Part shown: piece by piece, positions 37,493-51,414 of the stretch | Layout of the letters: every line of letters starts with the position of its first letter | How positions within the stretch are numbered: the first letter of the stretch is position 1 | DNA from: Octopus sinensis | Taxonomy: Eukaryota | Direction: 5' to 3' | NCBI RefSeq assembly: GCF_006345805.1 | Contig: NC_042998.1 | Location: forward strand, 203,546,001-203,610,000 | Length of the DNA: 64,000 nucleotides | The notes under the pieces: generated by a model | Seen by the model: the letters and a program-made list of their open reading frames with translations, nothing else | What the model was told of the DNA's origin: nothing | The model's database searches: none | Translations under genes and position numbers: made by a program

Positions 37493-37919
37493 TACTCTTT
37501 TACTCTATTATCTTGTTTCAGTCATTTCACTGTGGCCATGCTGGAGCACCGCCTTTAATTGAGCAAATTGGCTCCAGGACTTATTCTTTGTAAGCCTGGT
37601 ACTTATTCTATCAGTCTCTTTTGCCGAACTGCTAAGTTATGGGGACATAAACACACCAGCATCGATTGTCAAGCGATTCTGGGGGACAAACACTGACACA
37701 CAATCATGCACACATATATATATATATACATACAGACATACATATACATATATACGATGTACTTCTTTCATTTTCCGTCCACCAAATCCACTCACAAGGC
37801 TTTGGTCGGCCCGAGGCTATAGTAGAAGACACTTGCCCAAGGTGCCACGTAGTGGGACTGAACCCGGAACCATGTGGTTGGTAAGCAAGCTACTTACCAC
37901 ACAGCCACTCCTGCGCCTA
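37493..37919 (-). mobile_element. SINE-A, full length
   Basis: Family match. Confidence 0.9.
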
Positions 37920-38829
37920 TATTTTACTATTGTAAAAGTATATCTTATTCAATGTATGTAAATTTTCACCACAAAATCTCCTGTCGGCCCTCATGGGCCA
38001 CATGGACCCTGAATGAGAAACATGAGTTCAACTGTTAGGCATATGTACCAGATGTCTTGCAAATCTTACCTATGAGATACCTGTCTTCTATCTAATGTTG
38101 TATTTGATTACCCTAGACGATTTAATGCTGTGAATCTGGAGGTAGAGACCCTGCTCTTAAGAACTTCTTAGAGACATATACAGGTTTTTTTTTTGTCAGC
38201 GTCGTCATTTAATGTCCACTTCTCCATGCTTGTATGGGTCAGGCAGAATTTGTCGAAGCAGATTTTCTTCAGCCAGATGTCCTTCGTGCCTCCAGCCCTC
38301 ACCGGTTTCCAGGCAAGGTAAATATTTCCCCATAGCCAGGCATGTTTTTCCACACAGACCTGCAAATGAACAACCCCACTTTTATGACGGTGAAGCTCAT
38401 TTACAACCATCATGACATCTGGACTAGGGTACACATGCACACACACACGACACACCAGACACCATACCCACCACACACACACCACACACACACACTACAC
38501 ACACCACACACACACACACTACACACACTACACACACTACACACACACGCACACACACCACACACACATGCACACACACACACCACACAACACCACACAC
38601 ACCCGCATGCACGCACACACGACACACATACACACCACACACATACACACCACACCACACACCCACACACACACACACAACATGGGAGATGTATGCAGAG
38701 CAATGGAAGCATTTAGCTTGCACTTGCAGACACGTGGCATTGCAGACATGTGGCATTATGTCAAATCGCTCATGTTGCATGCAGGAAGGAGAGTGTTTTT
38801 GCATAAATGTGTGTGTTTATGTGTGCATA

Positions 38830-39165
38830 TCTTTTACTTGTTTCAGTCATTAGACTATGGCCATGCTGGGGCACCACCTTCAAGGATTTTTAGCCAAACA
38901 GTACTTTTTTAAAACTTAGTTAATTTAAGAGGCCAATAAAATAAGTACCAAGCTACAGGGATGTAAACACACCAACACAGGTTGTCAAAGGGTGTAGTGG
39001 GAGGCAAACACAAATACACACACACACACACTGACAGTTCCTGTCTACGAAATCCACTCACAAAGCTTTGGTCAGCCTGAGTCTAAAGCAGAAGACATTT
39101 GCCCAAGGTGACACGCAGTGGGACTGAACCTGGAACCATGTGGTTGGGACGCAAGCTACTTACCA
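38830..39165 (-). mobile_element. SINE-A, old
   Basis: Diverged family match. Confidence 0.7.
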
Positions 39166-40639
39166 CATTATTTTTATGTTTGTTTGCATGGTTGTGTGTG
39201 TGTCAGTGTAAATTGCTTGTGTGTATACATACGTGTGTGTGTGTGTCTACAAAGTCTATCCTTATTATCTCAAATTCTGCCATAATCAGTTTTCAAATAG
39301 TTTCTTTTTTTTTTTATATGAAACTAAATAGTCATAGCATTGGATTCCCAGCTTTCTTAAATTCTTCTCCACACCCCCTCCCCCTCCTCTCTCTCTCCCT
39401 CTCTCTCCCTCTTTGTTTCTTATTTTACACACACTCTTTCTCTCTCTCGGATACACATACTCTTTATCATACACACACATATTCTCTATCACATACACAC
39501 ACACTCTGTCTGTCTGTCACACACACACACACACACACACATGTGCACAATGTTTAGCATACAATTCTCAAGTCTGTAGCACATACATGTATTCCTCTGT
39601 GTGTGTGTATGTTTGTCCAGACATGCATGTGTGCTGTACCTGTGTGTATGCATTCATGTGAGTGTGTGAGTGTATGCATATGAGAGTGGATTTGGTGGAC
39701 AAGCTATGTGGAAGTCCGTGTGTGTGTGTGTGTGTGTGTGTTGATACGTGTGCCTTTGTATCTTTGTTTGTTCCCTCCAGCTGCTTAACAACCAAACTTG
39801 AAATGCTGGTGATGGTCCCACGTTAAAAGGACCTGTGCTGAAGCAATGTAAAAAAAACAGAAAAAGCACCAAGTCCACTCTGTAAAGGGGTTGGCATTAG
39901 GAAGGGCATTTAGCCACAGAAGCCATGCCAAAACAGACACTGGAGCTTGGTACAGCCCCTTGATTTGCCAGCTCCTGTCAAACCATCCAACCCATGCCAG
40001 CATGGAAAATGGACATTAAATGATGACAATGATGGCCAAAGATGTTTTTGGAAAGATGATGGATAATATTGCTGGATTTCTACCAATTCAGCTGTCAGAT
40101 GTCGAGTCTGGCCTGGTACCATGCTTTGGCTAATTGTTTTATTTGAGCATCTGGTTGTGCGCATATAGAGATAGCCTCAACGACTGCCATGATCGACTCA
40201 GTCGAACATTGAGGATATGGCAGCTGGAGGAAGGGAAAGAACTACACCCCAGCACTCAACACAGGGATTCGTTTTCAACCGGAGCAACATGAAATGAAGT
40301 GGCTTGCTCAAGGACTCAATACATCACCTGCTCTACAAACTGACCCCTACAACCTTTTATTAGTGAGGTCAATACTCAAACCACCAGTTCCCATGCCTTG
40401 ACCTTTCAGTATTTAAACATGCTATACCTGGCCCAAATATTTTACCTGTTCTATGTTCAAACTGGCCTGATGCAGCCTCTCACACATACACTACAATGCC
40501 ATTCTAGAAATAAACAATGATATGGCTGTTTCCTGCACCAGTTTTGCATAGCCCCAGCCCATCCTAAGTACCTTGGATTGCAGAACAACCTGCTGTGCTT
40601 ACCTTGCATCATAGGGTGAGCTGCTGTGCTTGTGGAGGC

Positions 40640-41015
40640 CTTTTGAGTCAAGTACATCAACATCAAAATAAATATCAAATGGAAATTGTAGTTGTGATAC
40701 CTGTGCTGGTGGTAAGTAAAAAGCACCATCCGAATGTAGCCGAGTCAGCGCTGCCTTGACCGGCTTCTGTGCCAGTGGCACGTAAAAAGCATCAACCGAT
40801 CGTGGCCGCTGCCAGCCTCCCCTGGCACCTATGTTGGTGGCACGTAAAAAGCACCCACTACACTCACGGAGTGGTTGGCGTTATGAAGGGCATCCAGCTG
40901 TAGAAACACTGCCAGATCAGACTGGAGCTTGGTGCAACCACCTGGCTTCCCAGACCCCAGTCGAACCGTCCAACCCGTGCTAGCACGGAAAACGAACATT
41001 GAACGATGATGATGA
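40640..41015 (+). mobile_element. SINE-C long variant
   Basis: Leader, sub-repeats, core and tail. Confidence 0.9.
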
Positions 41016-41544
41016 TAATATCCTCAAAATATCAAAGCTATGAGGTAATGCATGAGTAATTCAAAACAATTTTAATAAATAAACTTTACATTTGACAAAG
41101 GAAATCTGAATGCTAAAATGGTTCAGACATTCACTGTACTTTTGTAGATATTTGAGCAATAAGACACAAAACATGAAACAGTGGGTGTGGTTAATATTTG
41201 ATGACCGAGTTAAGACTTGAGAATTTGAGGAGATGAAACGGTGGTTTGTGTTACTAAAACTCATTCTGATAAATTTAAATGTTAAAATTCTGTAAGAAAA
41301 TTCTAATATCGTGGGTTAGCATTTCCTTGGTACACTAACATTAAGCTTTTCTTTGTAACCGCATATTGCAAAACAAAAGTCCTGAATCATTTTTTAAATA
41401 AAATAGAAAAAAATAAAAAGAGCAAACTATATTTTTGATGTCTTTTTTTGGATTATATTTGATTTTTTTTTATTCATTTCTAGCATGATTCTTATTTTTA
41501 AGTTAAAATGTGATTTTTATGGTGAATATTTGTTACTGTGTTGG

Positions 41545-42155
41545 GCAAAACGTTTAGCGGCATTTCATCCGTCTTTACATTCTGAGTTCAAATTATGTTG
41601 ATGTCACCTTTGCCTTTCATCGTTTCAGGGTTGATAAAATAATACCTATTTCTTTATTGCCCACAAGGGGCTAAACACAGAGAGGACAAACAAGAACAGA
41701 CAAACAGGTTAAGTCGATTATATTGACACCAGTGCGTAACTGGTACTTAATTTATCAACCCCGAAAGGATGAAATGCAAAGTCGACCTCGGCGGAATTTG
41801 AACTCAGAATGTAGTGACAGACAAAATGCCTATTTCTTTACTACCCACAAGGGGCTAAACACAGAGGGGACAAACAAGGACAAACAAATGGATTAAGTCG
41901 ATTATATCGACCCCAGTCCATAACAGGTACTTAATTTATCGACCCCGAAAGGATGAAAGGCGAAGTCGACCTCGGCGGAATTTGAACTCAGAATGTAGCC
42001 GCAGACGAAATACCGCAAAGCATTTCGCCCGGTGTGCTAACGTTTCTGCCAGCTCGCTGCCTTTGATAAAATAATACCAGTTGCTTACTGGGGTCAATGT
42101 AATCAACTTTATCCCCACCCCTGAATTTACTAGCCTTATCACAAAATTTGAGACT
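41545..42155. mobile_element. Nested SINE-B: a minus-strand dimer inserted into an older plus-strand copy
   Basis: TSD TTGATAAAATAATACC at 41631-41646 and 42063-42078. Confidence 0.85.
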
Positions 42156-42658
42156 AATATTTTCTGTCTTGTGTTCCTTTTATTAATTTCACTCTTTTCC
42201 TTTTAATTTCCACCCTGAGTAATTTTAATGGCTGATAAACAAAGGCACAGGCATGGTTGTGTGCTTCAGAAGTTCTCTTCCCAACCATTCCGTTTCTGGT
42301 TCAATCCCACTGCATGGCAACTTAGGCAAGTGTCTTCTACTATTGCCCTTGGCTGAGCAAAGCACCATGAGTGGATTTGGTTGATGGAAACTAAAATAAG
42401 CCTATCATGTGTGGTGTGTGTGTGTGTGTGTTTGGCATTTGTTTGTGTCTCCTAGTCTTGGCATGGCATGATTGTTGTAAATGAGCATCACTGTTTTACA
42501 AGCAGTGTCCTTTGTTTCCAATCTTCTATGAAAACATGCCCAACAATGGGGAAATATTACCCTATCATGGAAACAGGGGAAGGTTGGCAACAGGAAGGGC
42601 ATCTGGCTGTAGAAAATCTACTTCAGCAAATTGCATGTGACCCCTGCAAGCCTAGAAA

Positions 42659-43090
42659 CATCATCATCGTTAAACATCCGTTTTCCATGCTAGTATGGGT
42701 TGGACGGTTCGACGGTTCGACTGGGGTCTGGGAAGCCAGGAGGCTGCACCAGGCTCCATTCTGATCTGGCAGAGTTTCTACAGCTGGATGCCCTTCCTAA
42801 CGCCAACTACTCAGAGAGTGTAGTGGGTGCTTTTTATGTGCCACCAGCACAAGTGCCAAGGGAGGCTGGCGACGGTGACGATCGGTTGGTGCTTTTTACG
42901 TGCCACCGGTATGGCACTGGCATTGACCACAGACAGAAGGTGCTTTTTATGTGCCACCAGCACAGGTGCCAGGGAAGGCTGGCAACAACCATGATGGTTG
43001 GTGGTTTTTACATGCCACCGACACGGAAGCCAGTCAAGGCAGCGCTGGCATCGGGCAACATGAAAGTGATTACCATGTTGATGATTTACA
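42659..43090 (-). mobile_element. SINE-C long variant
   Basis: Tail, core and four sub-repeats. Confidence 0.9.
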
Positions 43091-43897
43091 GTTTTTGACA
43101 TTTAAAGAAATCCTGTATTCTCAGAATTGTCCTTAATTATCAGGTGGTTCTTAGTTTTTTTTTTATTCTTAATTTGATGACATTAATTGTTACTTAATTG
43201 GACGGGAAAAGTTTAGTTGCATGTTGAAAACATTTATTACCAGCATCTGTTGAAACAGTCATCATACCAGCAAACTTAAAATATCAAAGTTGTCAATTTA
43301 GAGGGGTCACAGGTTCACATCCGTTGCGCAGTACATCAGCCCAATGTTCTTTAGTTTCATTAAGTGATAGCAAAGCCAAACCGATTGATGTTTTAGCAAA
43401 AACTTCCTGCTTATGATGACTCAGTGACTGGGCCAGAACTTCTCACTAAGCAAACTCGATAACTGCCTGAGGCACTAAAATCTGGGAGTGCCATATAAAT
43501 TCAATTCTGAACAATCTAAATTTCTAAATAAATTGTCATGTGCCATAAGGAATAGCGAAAAACAAAATGATGGATTGCATGTTTATTTTTGGTATGTTCT
43601 GGCAAACTTGAATGTTAACTGCTAATCGCTGTTGTATTTTGTCATTGGAGATCAACTTCTCCTTTCTGATAAATGTGTGTTCTTAACATTCTCAATTCAT
43701 TAGCATAGGGTGACTTTGAGACACTGGTGTTTCTACATCATTGTGTCACCTCAGTTAGAGGCAGCCTCGACTAATGAATTGTGGCTCTTGTTTATAAGTT
43801 CAGTAAACGAAATATTTGCTAATGCAGACTGATATCTGTCAATTGATGATGGATTGTCATGTACGGAGTGATCAGCAAGAATCAAAATTGTGTATTA

Positions 43898-44297
43898 CTC
43901 TTTCACTTGTTTCAGTCATTTAACTGCGTCCATGCTGGAGCACCGCCTTTAGTCGAGGAAATTGACCCCAGGACTTATTCTTTGTAAGCCTAGTACTTAT
44001 TCTATCGGCCACTTTTGCCGAACCACTAAGTTATAGGGACATAAACACACCAGCATCGGTTGTCAAGCGATGTTGGGGTGGGGGTGACAAACACAGACAC
44101 ACCAACATATACACACACACACATACATACACACATACATACATATATCTGACAGGCTTCTTTCAGTTTCCATCTACCAAATCCACTCACAAGGCTTTGG
44201 TCAGCCCGAGGCTATAGTAGAAGACACTACTGAACTGGACTGAACCCAGAACCATGTGGTTGGTAAGCAAGCTACTTACCACACAGCCACTCGTGCG
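43898..44297 (-). mobile_element. SINE-A, full length
   Basis: Family match. Confidence 0.9.
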
Positions 44298-44788
44298 TAT
44301 GTGTATAAATATGTGTATTCATAGAGTGAAATGACAGTCGGACTTACTCAAAATACCTGAACAAACCCATTTTACACCTTTGATGGATGATTGTGATTAG
44401 AAATTATATCTTCTCATCAATATAGTATGGGTGTACCAATGTGTATAAACAACTGTAGTGTTATAAAGAATCTCATTCAATCTATTTTCCATTATTCATC
44501 TCTTTCTTTATATATATATTATAAATACATTCATATGAGATGGTATGTATATTTGTGTGTATATATATATATATCTAATATAATATGTGACAATTATTCG
44601 GTTGCAAAAATTTTTTTGATTGTCTTAATAACTGATGAGATGCTGGAGCAGATTTCTGCCCCAATATCTGAAACTCAGAGTTTTATTATGGCAACCAAAT
44701 AATTGTCACATATTATATTTACAGATAAATTCCTTTATTTACCTAATATTGAGGTCTCTTTCATTCTTTTGTTGTCATACTATTACTA

Positions 44789-44824
<36 letters not shown>

Positions 44825-44845
44825 AACATACACACATACATACAT

Positions 44846-46001
44846 ACTAGTTCTGTAGTGTGCCAACAGATGGCAGCACATGGTTGGATGCAGAGTGAGA
44901 GCTAGCCGTGACCCTCATGAGAAAGTGCACAGTGGCATTGGTGTGTTTTTGTGAAATTTATTTTTTTGATCACATGGATTCTATAGTCTGCGATTTTGTC
45001 ATGGACAGGAAGCCGGAACAAAGAGCCAACATGAAGTTTTGCGTTAAACTTGGGAAGTCTGCTACAGAGACACTGAGCTTAGTTCAGCAAGCTTACAGTA
45101 ATGAGGCAACGGTTCGCACACAATGTTTCAAATGGCAAGGAAGCCTCAGAAATGGAAGAATGTCCTTGGAAGATGAGTGATCGGGAAGTCCTGCCATACA
45201 TGTCACCCCTGGAAATGTGGTATTGTGCATCGAGTATTTGTCCCCCCAGGGCCAGACCATCAATTCATCCCCCAAAGCCAGACCATCAATTCCTCCCCCA
45301 GGGCCAGACCATCAATTCATCCCCCAAGGCCAGACCATCAATTTATCCCCCAGGGCCAGACCATCAATTTGTCCCCCCAGGGCCAGACCATCAATTCCTC
45401 CCCCAGGGCCAGACCATCAATTCCTCCCCCAGGGCCAGACCATCAATTCATCCTCCAGGGCCAGATCATCAATTCCTCCCCCAAGGCCAGACCATCAATT
45501 CGTTCCCCAGGGCAAGACCATCAATTCCTCTCCCAAGGCCAGACCATCAATTGAGAGTTCTGCTGCAACGTTTTGAAGTGTGTTTCAGCGAAAGCCATCA
45601 GTTCTGTGGAGAGCAAAGAATTGGATTCTTCATCACCATACAGTCTCTCACTGAGCTCTCCTCACGCAGGAGCTTCTCACCAAAAACGACATATCGTCAC
45701 TTTTTCATGCATCTTATTCACTAGGTTTAGCACCCGTGGGCTTCCATCTCCTCCATAGGACGAAAAGGCAGGTCAAAGGTTGCCGTTTTAACACTGTTTT
45801 CAAGATCCAGGATGAATTGCAGAAGGTCCTTGACTCACAGAAAACAACTTCCAGGCCAGATTCCAAAAGTGGCAGGAACTCTGGGACCAGTGTATTGCTA
45901 CACAAGATGGCTATTTCATAGGAGATGATGTTAAAACATAGGCAAATAAGTTGTTTATTGAACATAACTTGTCTGGGAACTTTTTGATACCACCTTAGGT
46001 A
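44846..46001 (+). mobile_element. Decayed mariner (DD34D-type) transposon
   Basis: MDRKPEQRANMKFCVKLGKSATET..QCFKW..GRMSLEDE HTH region from 45001, decayed catalytic domain, and 3' TIR GGGAACTTTTTGATACCACC. Confidence 0.9.
45241..45552 (+). repeat. 26-bp minisatellite (about 12 copies) derived from transposase coding sequence
   Basis: GCCAGACC recurs at 45251, 45277, 45303 and onward; the unit encodes the PQGQTIN motif. Confidence 0.95.
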
Positions 46002-46013
46002 TATATGTATGTA

Positions 46014-46049
<36 letters not shown>

Positions 46050-46051
46050 GT

Positions 46052-46445
46052 ATCATCATCATCATCGTTTAACGTCCGTTTTCCATGCTAGCATGGGTTG
46101 GACTGTTCGACCGGGGTCTGGGCAGCCAGGAGGCTGCACCAGGCTCCAATCTGATCTAGCAGAGTTTCTACAGCTGGATGCCCTTCCTATCGCCAACCAC
46201 TCCGTGAATGTAGTGGGTGCTTTTTACATGCCAGAGGGGGCTAGCAAACGGCCACGATCGGTTGGTGCTTTTGCGTGTCACCGACATGAATGCCAGTCAG
46301 GTGGCGCTGGCATCTTCCACGTTCGGACGGTGCTTTTTATGTGTCACCGGCACAGGTATCTTAACTACAATTTCCATTTGATTTTTTATTTTGATGCTGG
46401 TGTTGATGTATTTGACTCAATAAGTCTCCTCAAGAACAGCGGGTC
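46052..46445 (-). mobile_element. SINE-C long variant
   Basis: Family match. Confidence 0.9.
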
Positions 46446-46509
46446 ACTCTACAATCGAAGTATAAGTATATTGATAATATATTGTCTGATGTAGAACATG
46501 GTACATTGA

Positions 46510-46930
46510 GTAGGTGAGGTCAGGTATGGGGTCATGCACCATTGCAGCACGTTGCTGCATCCTTCATTTGTGGGTATATTCCTGGGTGCACCTGGGTGAC
46601 CCGTTGAGCAAAGTCCTAGTCACTCCCTATCCCTCTAAGATACCTCTTCATCTGCCCTGACCAGGTGACATGTGGTCAACCAGCACAAACCATCAACCCA
46701 GCCCAGATCCTCACTGAAGAGAATCCAGTCAGCAGGGTCTAACTTGAAAAATAAAGCAACATGGCCAAACGGTCTGAGCTGACCTTCCTGATCCGTATGA
46801 GTAACAGGACACACCCCAGTTTCTGAGCAGAGTCACTGATTGGATAAGAAATTCAGCCAATGGTAAATCATAATCCTTCAAAGTGCCCTGGCACCAAAGG
46901 AGTACCTTGGGTAGAGTAGGTAGGTAGATC
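46510..46930 (-). pseudogene. Decayed RTE LINE 3' end
   Basis: ..RAL.RIM.YHW..SNQ.LL.ETG..FGHVA..DPA..TWSGQMKRYL..DAATCCNGA.PHT pattern, with stops. Confidence 0.7.
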
Positions 46931-47020
46931 CATTTATTATATCAAAAGCCAGAGCTGGGCTGTTGATAACTGCCAGAAACAGTCAGAGCAGATTCTCAGC
47001 TTTTCATAAAATAAACAGGT

Positions 47021-47375
47021 GTGTGTTTCAAACTCCACCTGTCTAACACCCGTGGACATGTTTACAAAGTCAGAAAACAGCACAGCTCCCATGACTTTCG
47101 GAAACATTTTTTCACGCTAAGAGTTGCTGAAGCATGGAACAAACTGCCGGCATCAGTTGTTAGTTGTCGGAGCACTGCATCCTTCAAAACTTCCATGCTT
47201 CCTGAGATTCGCCAACACTACACCTGATTTTCTCCCCTCCATACACACGCAAGCATGTATCTGACTCATACACTGTTCACTTCCCAGACATTTGTACATT
47301 ACTGCATATGCTTTATATGCACTTTTTGACAAGTTGTGGTGCATCTGAGCACTGTATACAATAATTTCATTATTT
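47021..47375 (+). mobile_element. CR1-clade LINE 3' end (ORF2 C-terminus and 3' UTR)
   Basis: NTRGHVYKVRK..FRKHFFTLRVAEAWNKLPASVV..FK is the CR1 C-terminal signature; the frame is open. Confidence 0.85.
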
Positions 47376-47397
47376 TATTATATATATATATATATAT

Positions 47398-47714
47398 AAT
47401 CTGCCAGCCTCGTCTGGCACCTGTGTCGGTGGCACATAAAAAACACCATCCGAGCGTGGCACCTGTGTAGGTGGCACATAAAAAACACCATCCGAGCGTG
47501 ACCGTCTGCCAGCCTCGTCTGGCACCTGTGTCGGTGGCACATAAAATCACCCACTACACTCTCGGAGTGGTTGGCGTTAGGAAGGGCATCCAGCTGTAGA
47601 AACTCTGCCAGATCTGACTGGCCTGGTGCAGCCTTCGGGCTTGCCAGACCCCAGTTGAACCATCCAACCCATGCTAGCATGGAAAGCGGACGTTAAACGA
47701 TGATGATGATGATG
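47398..47714 (+). mobile_element. SINE-C with three sub-repeats
   Basis: Family match. Confidence 0.9.
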
Positions 47715-47756
<42 letters not shown>

Positions 47757-48179
47757 GAATTAGAGATAAAACCACTATTATGCAACTCAAACAGTGATAG
47801 ACATAAACCAATACATAAATAACAAATAATATATATAATTAATATAATATATATATATATTTGTTGTGCAAGATTTTGTTATGTGAAGTCGTGTGTTGAA
47901 ACAGATATTGTTATATTTCGGAATGGTCATTTTGCCAGTTTAGCCAATATTGGCTAAAATGGCAAAATGACAATTCTGAAATGTAACAATAATATATAAA
48001 TATATATATATATATATTTCAAAAAGTATAAAATGAATGATAAATATAAGTAAAAACACTTTAAATATATATAAATATATATATAAATATTATGCATTTT
48101 GTGTGCATGTAGATATATGTGGGTATGTTTATATGGGGTGTGTTTGTGTATGCATGCAATATGGATATCTTCATATCAT

Positions 48180-48535
48180 TTGCTTATTTCAGTCCTCAGA
48201 CTGCAGCCATGCTGGAGCATTGCTTTGAAAAATTTTGATGAAACAAATCAACCCCCAAATCTTTTTTTTTTTTCTCTTAAGTCTGGTACTTATTCGATCG
48301 ATCTTCTTAGCTGAACCACTAGGTTACAGGGCTGTAAACACACCAACACTGGTTGTCAAACAGTGGTGAGGACAGACACAAAGACACACACAGAGAACTA
48401 TTTCAGTCTCTGTCTACCAAATCCCTTCACAAAGCTTTGGTCAGCCCAAGGTTTTAGTAGAAGACAAATTGCCCAAGGCATCACACGGTGGGACTGAACC
48501 CAGAACCATGTGGTTGGGGAACAAACTTCTTACCA
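48180..48535 (-). mobile_element. SINE-A, old
   Basis: Diverged family match. Confidence 0.7.
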
Positions 48536-48924
48536 AGCTGCCTTGTCTGCATTTATCTTCCACACCCTCTGCCCCTCCACCTCTCTCTGCCCCTCCAAGC
48601 TTTCAATTATATATCGTTAAGGAATTTTAATCAACACAGATATCTCCTTAGATTCCACTTTATCTTAAATCTTTGATAAGTTCTGAGTTTTTGTTTATTT
48701 TCCTAAACACACACACACACATAGTGTTGTTGCTGCTGTTGTTGTTGTTGTCTTCAGGATTTCCATTCCGTCAATCGCCCCTCCTCCTCCCAAACCAGTG
48801 CTAATTGTTATCTCCAGCCTCCGTCTCTTATCTTCAAATGAAAGAACTTCTCAAAACCATGATAATCACTTTCTTTTATTATTTTTCTACATTTGTCTGC
48901 TCTCTCTCTCTGATTCTATGATAA

Positions 48925-50035
48925 TCTTAAACACTCTCTCTCTCTCTCTCTCTCGCTCTTTCTCTCTCTTTCTCTTTCTTTCACTCTGTCTCTCTTTCTC
49001 TCTCTTTGTCCCTCTTTCTCTCTCTGTCTCTTCCTCTCTCTCTCTCTCTGTTTCTCTCTGCTTGTCTCATTCTCTGTCTCTCTCTTTCTCTCTCTCTCTC
49101 TTTTTCTTTTTCTCTTTCTTTCCTCTCTCTTTTTCTCTTTTTCTTTTTCTCTTTTTCTCTTTCTCTCCTCTCTCTTTTTCTCTTTTTTTCTCTCTTTCTC
49201 CCCCTCTCTCTTTCTCTCTTTTTCTCACCCCCTCTCTCTCTCTCTTTCTCTCTCATACATGTGTCTATTCCTGTTTCTTATGCATCTTTTCCTTTTTGAT
49301 ACGTGTTTCAGTGACTGGGCTGTGGCCATGCTGGGGCACCACCTTGCAGAGTTAGGTCGTACAGATCTACCCCAGGACTCATTCTTAAGTCTAGTCTTGA
49401 TCCCATCGGTCTCTTTTGGCAAACCCTTTGCAGGCTGGGTGACCCCCACCCCCACTCCCACACCACACACTGTACTTTGCATTCCGTTCACAAAGTATTG
49501 GGGAAAGCTATTGGTGTTGTATGGTAATTGCATGCTCTCCCTCTCTCTCTGTCTCTCTCTCTCTACCTCTCTATCTCTCCATCTCTCTCTCTCTCTCTAT
49601 ATCTCTCTCTCTCTATCTCTCCATCTCTCTCTCTACCTCTCTCTCTATCTCTCCATCTCTCTCTACCTCTCTCTACCTCTCTCTGTCTCTCTACCTCTCT
49701 CTATGTCTCTTTCCTCTCTCTACTTCTCTCTATCTATCTCTCTCTATCTCTCCATCTCTCTATCTCTATCTCTCTATGTCTCTCTACCTCTCTCTGTCTC
49801 TCTACCTCTCTACCTCTCTCTATGTCTCTTTCCTCTCTCTACTTCTCTCTACCTCTCTATCTATCTCTCTCTATCTCTCTATCTCTATATGTCTCTCTAC
49901 CTCTCTCTATGTCTCTCTACCTCTCTCTCTGTCTCTCTACCTCTCTCTCTGTCTCTTTCCTCTCTCTACCTCTACACCTCTCTCTCTCTATATATCTCTC
50001 TCTTTTTCTCTCCCACTCCTCTTTTCTCTCCCTCC
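48925..50035. repeat. Two CT-rich microsatellite tracts with a SINE-A tail fragment between them
   Basis: Direct inspection. Confidence 0.9.
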
Positions 50036-50287
50036 ATCTTCTGTTCTATCCATATTTGTGTGTGGTGTGTGTGTGTGTGTGATAGGTGAAAACTGTAAAG
50101 GGCAAAATCAACAGAATGCTCCCTACAAAAGCTTACAGTATTTCGGTATTAATTAGCTATCTGCAATTACTGTGTTCATGTTCTGTGACTCTTTATTAAT
50201 TAGTTGTCTTCAACTATTACTATATATATACTTTCGTGTATACGTATATTAATTAGCTACCTGTAGTTAGTGTATACCTGTTCTGAG

Positions 50288-50882
50288 CATCATCATCATC
50301 ATTGTCGTTTAATGTCCGCTTTCCATGCTGGCATGGGTTGGACAGTTTCACTGGAAACTGATAAGCCAGGAGGTTGCACCAGGCTCCAGTCTGATCTGGC
50401 AGTGTTTCTACAGCTGGATGCCCTTCCTAACGCCAACCACTCCAAGAGCCAGTCAGGTTGTACTGGTATCAAACATGCTTGAATGGTGCTTTTCATGTGC
50501 CACTGGCGTCGACCATGCTTGAATTGTGCTTTTTACATGCCACCAGCAAAGGGGCCAGTCATGTGGCACTGGCAACAACCATGCTCGAATGGTGCTTTTT
50601 ACATGTCTCCAGTATGGAAGCCAGTCGACTGACACTAGCATCGACCACGCCAGTCAGGCGGCACTGGCAACAACCATGCTCAAATGGTGTTTTTTATGTC
50701 CCACTGGCACGGGAGCCAGTCAGGCGGCACTGGCATGGGAGCCAGTCAGGCGGCACTGGCAACAACCATGCTCAAATGGTACATTTTATGTGCCACTGGC
50801 ACGGAAGCCAGTCAGGCGGCACTGGCACAGGAGCTAGTCAGGCGGCACTGGCAACGACGACGCTCAAATGGTGCTTTTTACC
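50288..50882 (-). mobile_element. SINE-C with an expanded head (at least 6 sub-repeat cores)
   Basis: ATGGTGCTTTT-type cores near 50483, 50523, 50590, 50684, 50776 and 50868. Confidence 0.85.
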
Positions 50883-51382
50883 TGTATTAATTAGTTATTT
50901 GTAATTATTGCTTGTGTTGCAGTTAGCTGCTCCATGTTCAGAGTTCAGTTCTTGCTATGAGCAACTCTGCCATTCATTCTACCCAGGGCCAGTAAAATAA
51001 GTACCAGTAATACATGTGGGATTTATTCAATTGACTAAAATCCTTCCTACTATACTAAGTTTTTTTGTTTTTTTTTGTTTTAAGCCTGGTACTTAGTCCT
51101 ATCGGTATTTTTTTGCCACTGCTGTATTACAGGGATATAAACAAACCAGCATGGGTTGTCAAGCAGTGGTGGGAAACAAACACAGATGCAGACACACACG
51201 TGCACATATGAACTTCTTTCAGTTTCCATTTACTAAATTCACTCACAAGGCTTTGATTTCCCAAGGTGCCATGCATTGAGACTGAACCCAGAACCACATG
51301 GTTGGGAAGCAAACTTCTGCATTTTGAGTTTGAACCCTTTCAAGGTTGGTGGTTGATTCAACTGACTTTTACCTCTTTGCTC

Positions 51383-51414
<32 letters not shown>

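Larger units (their letters stand above)
37160..38024. mobile_element. hAT-like MITE split by SINE-C and SINE-A insertions
   Basis: TAGTGGTTCTCAACC left end and degenerate ..GGACCC...TGAGAAACATG right end. Confidence 0.55.

Noticed and set aside
44632-44665. CTGATGA as a hammerhead core
   Set aside because: There is no stem II-GAAA-NUH arrangement.
45241-45552. CRISPR-like array
   Set aside because: The repeats are contiguous with no unique spacers, and the DNA is eukaryotic.
45101-45724. 207-aa Pro-rich ORF
   Set aside because: It is the read-through of the 26-bp minisatellite in a dead mariner.
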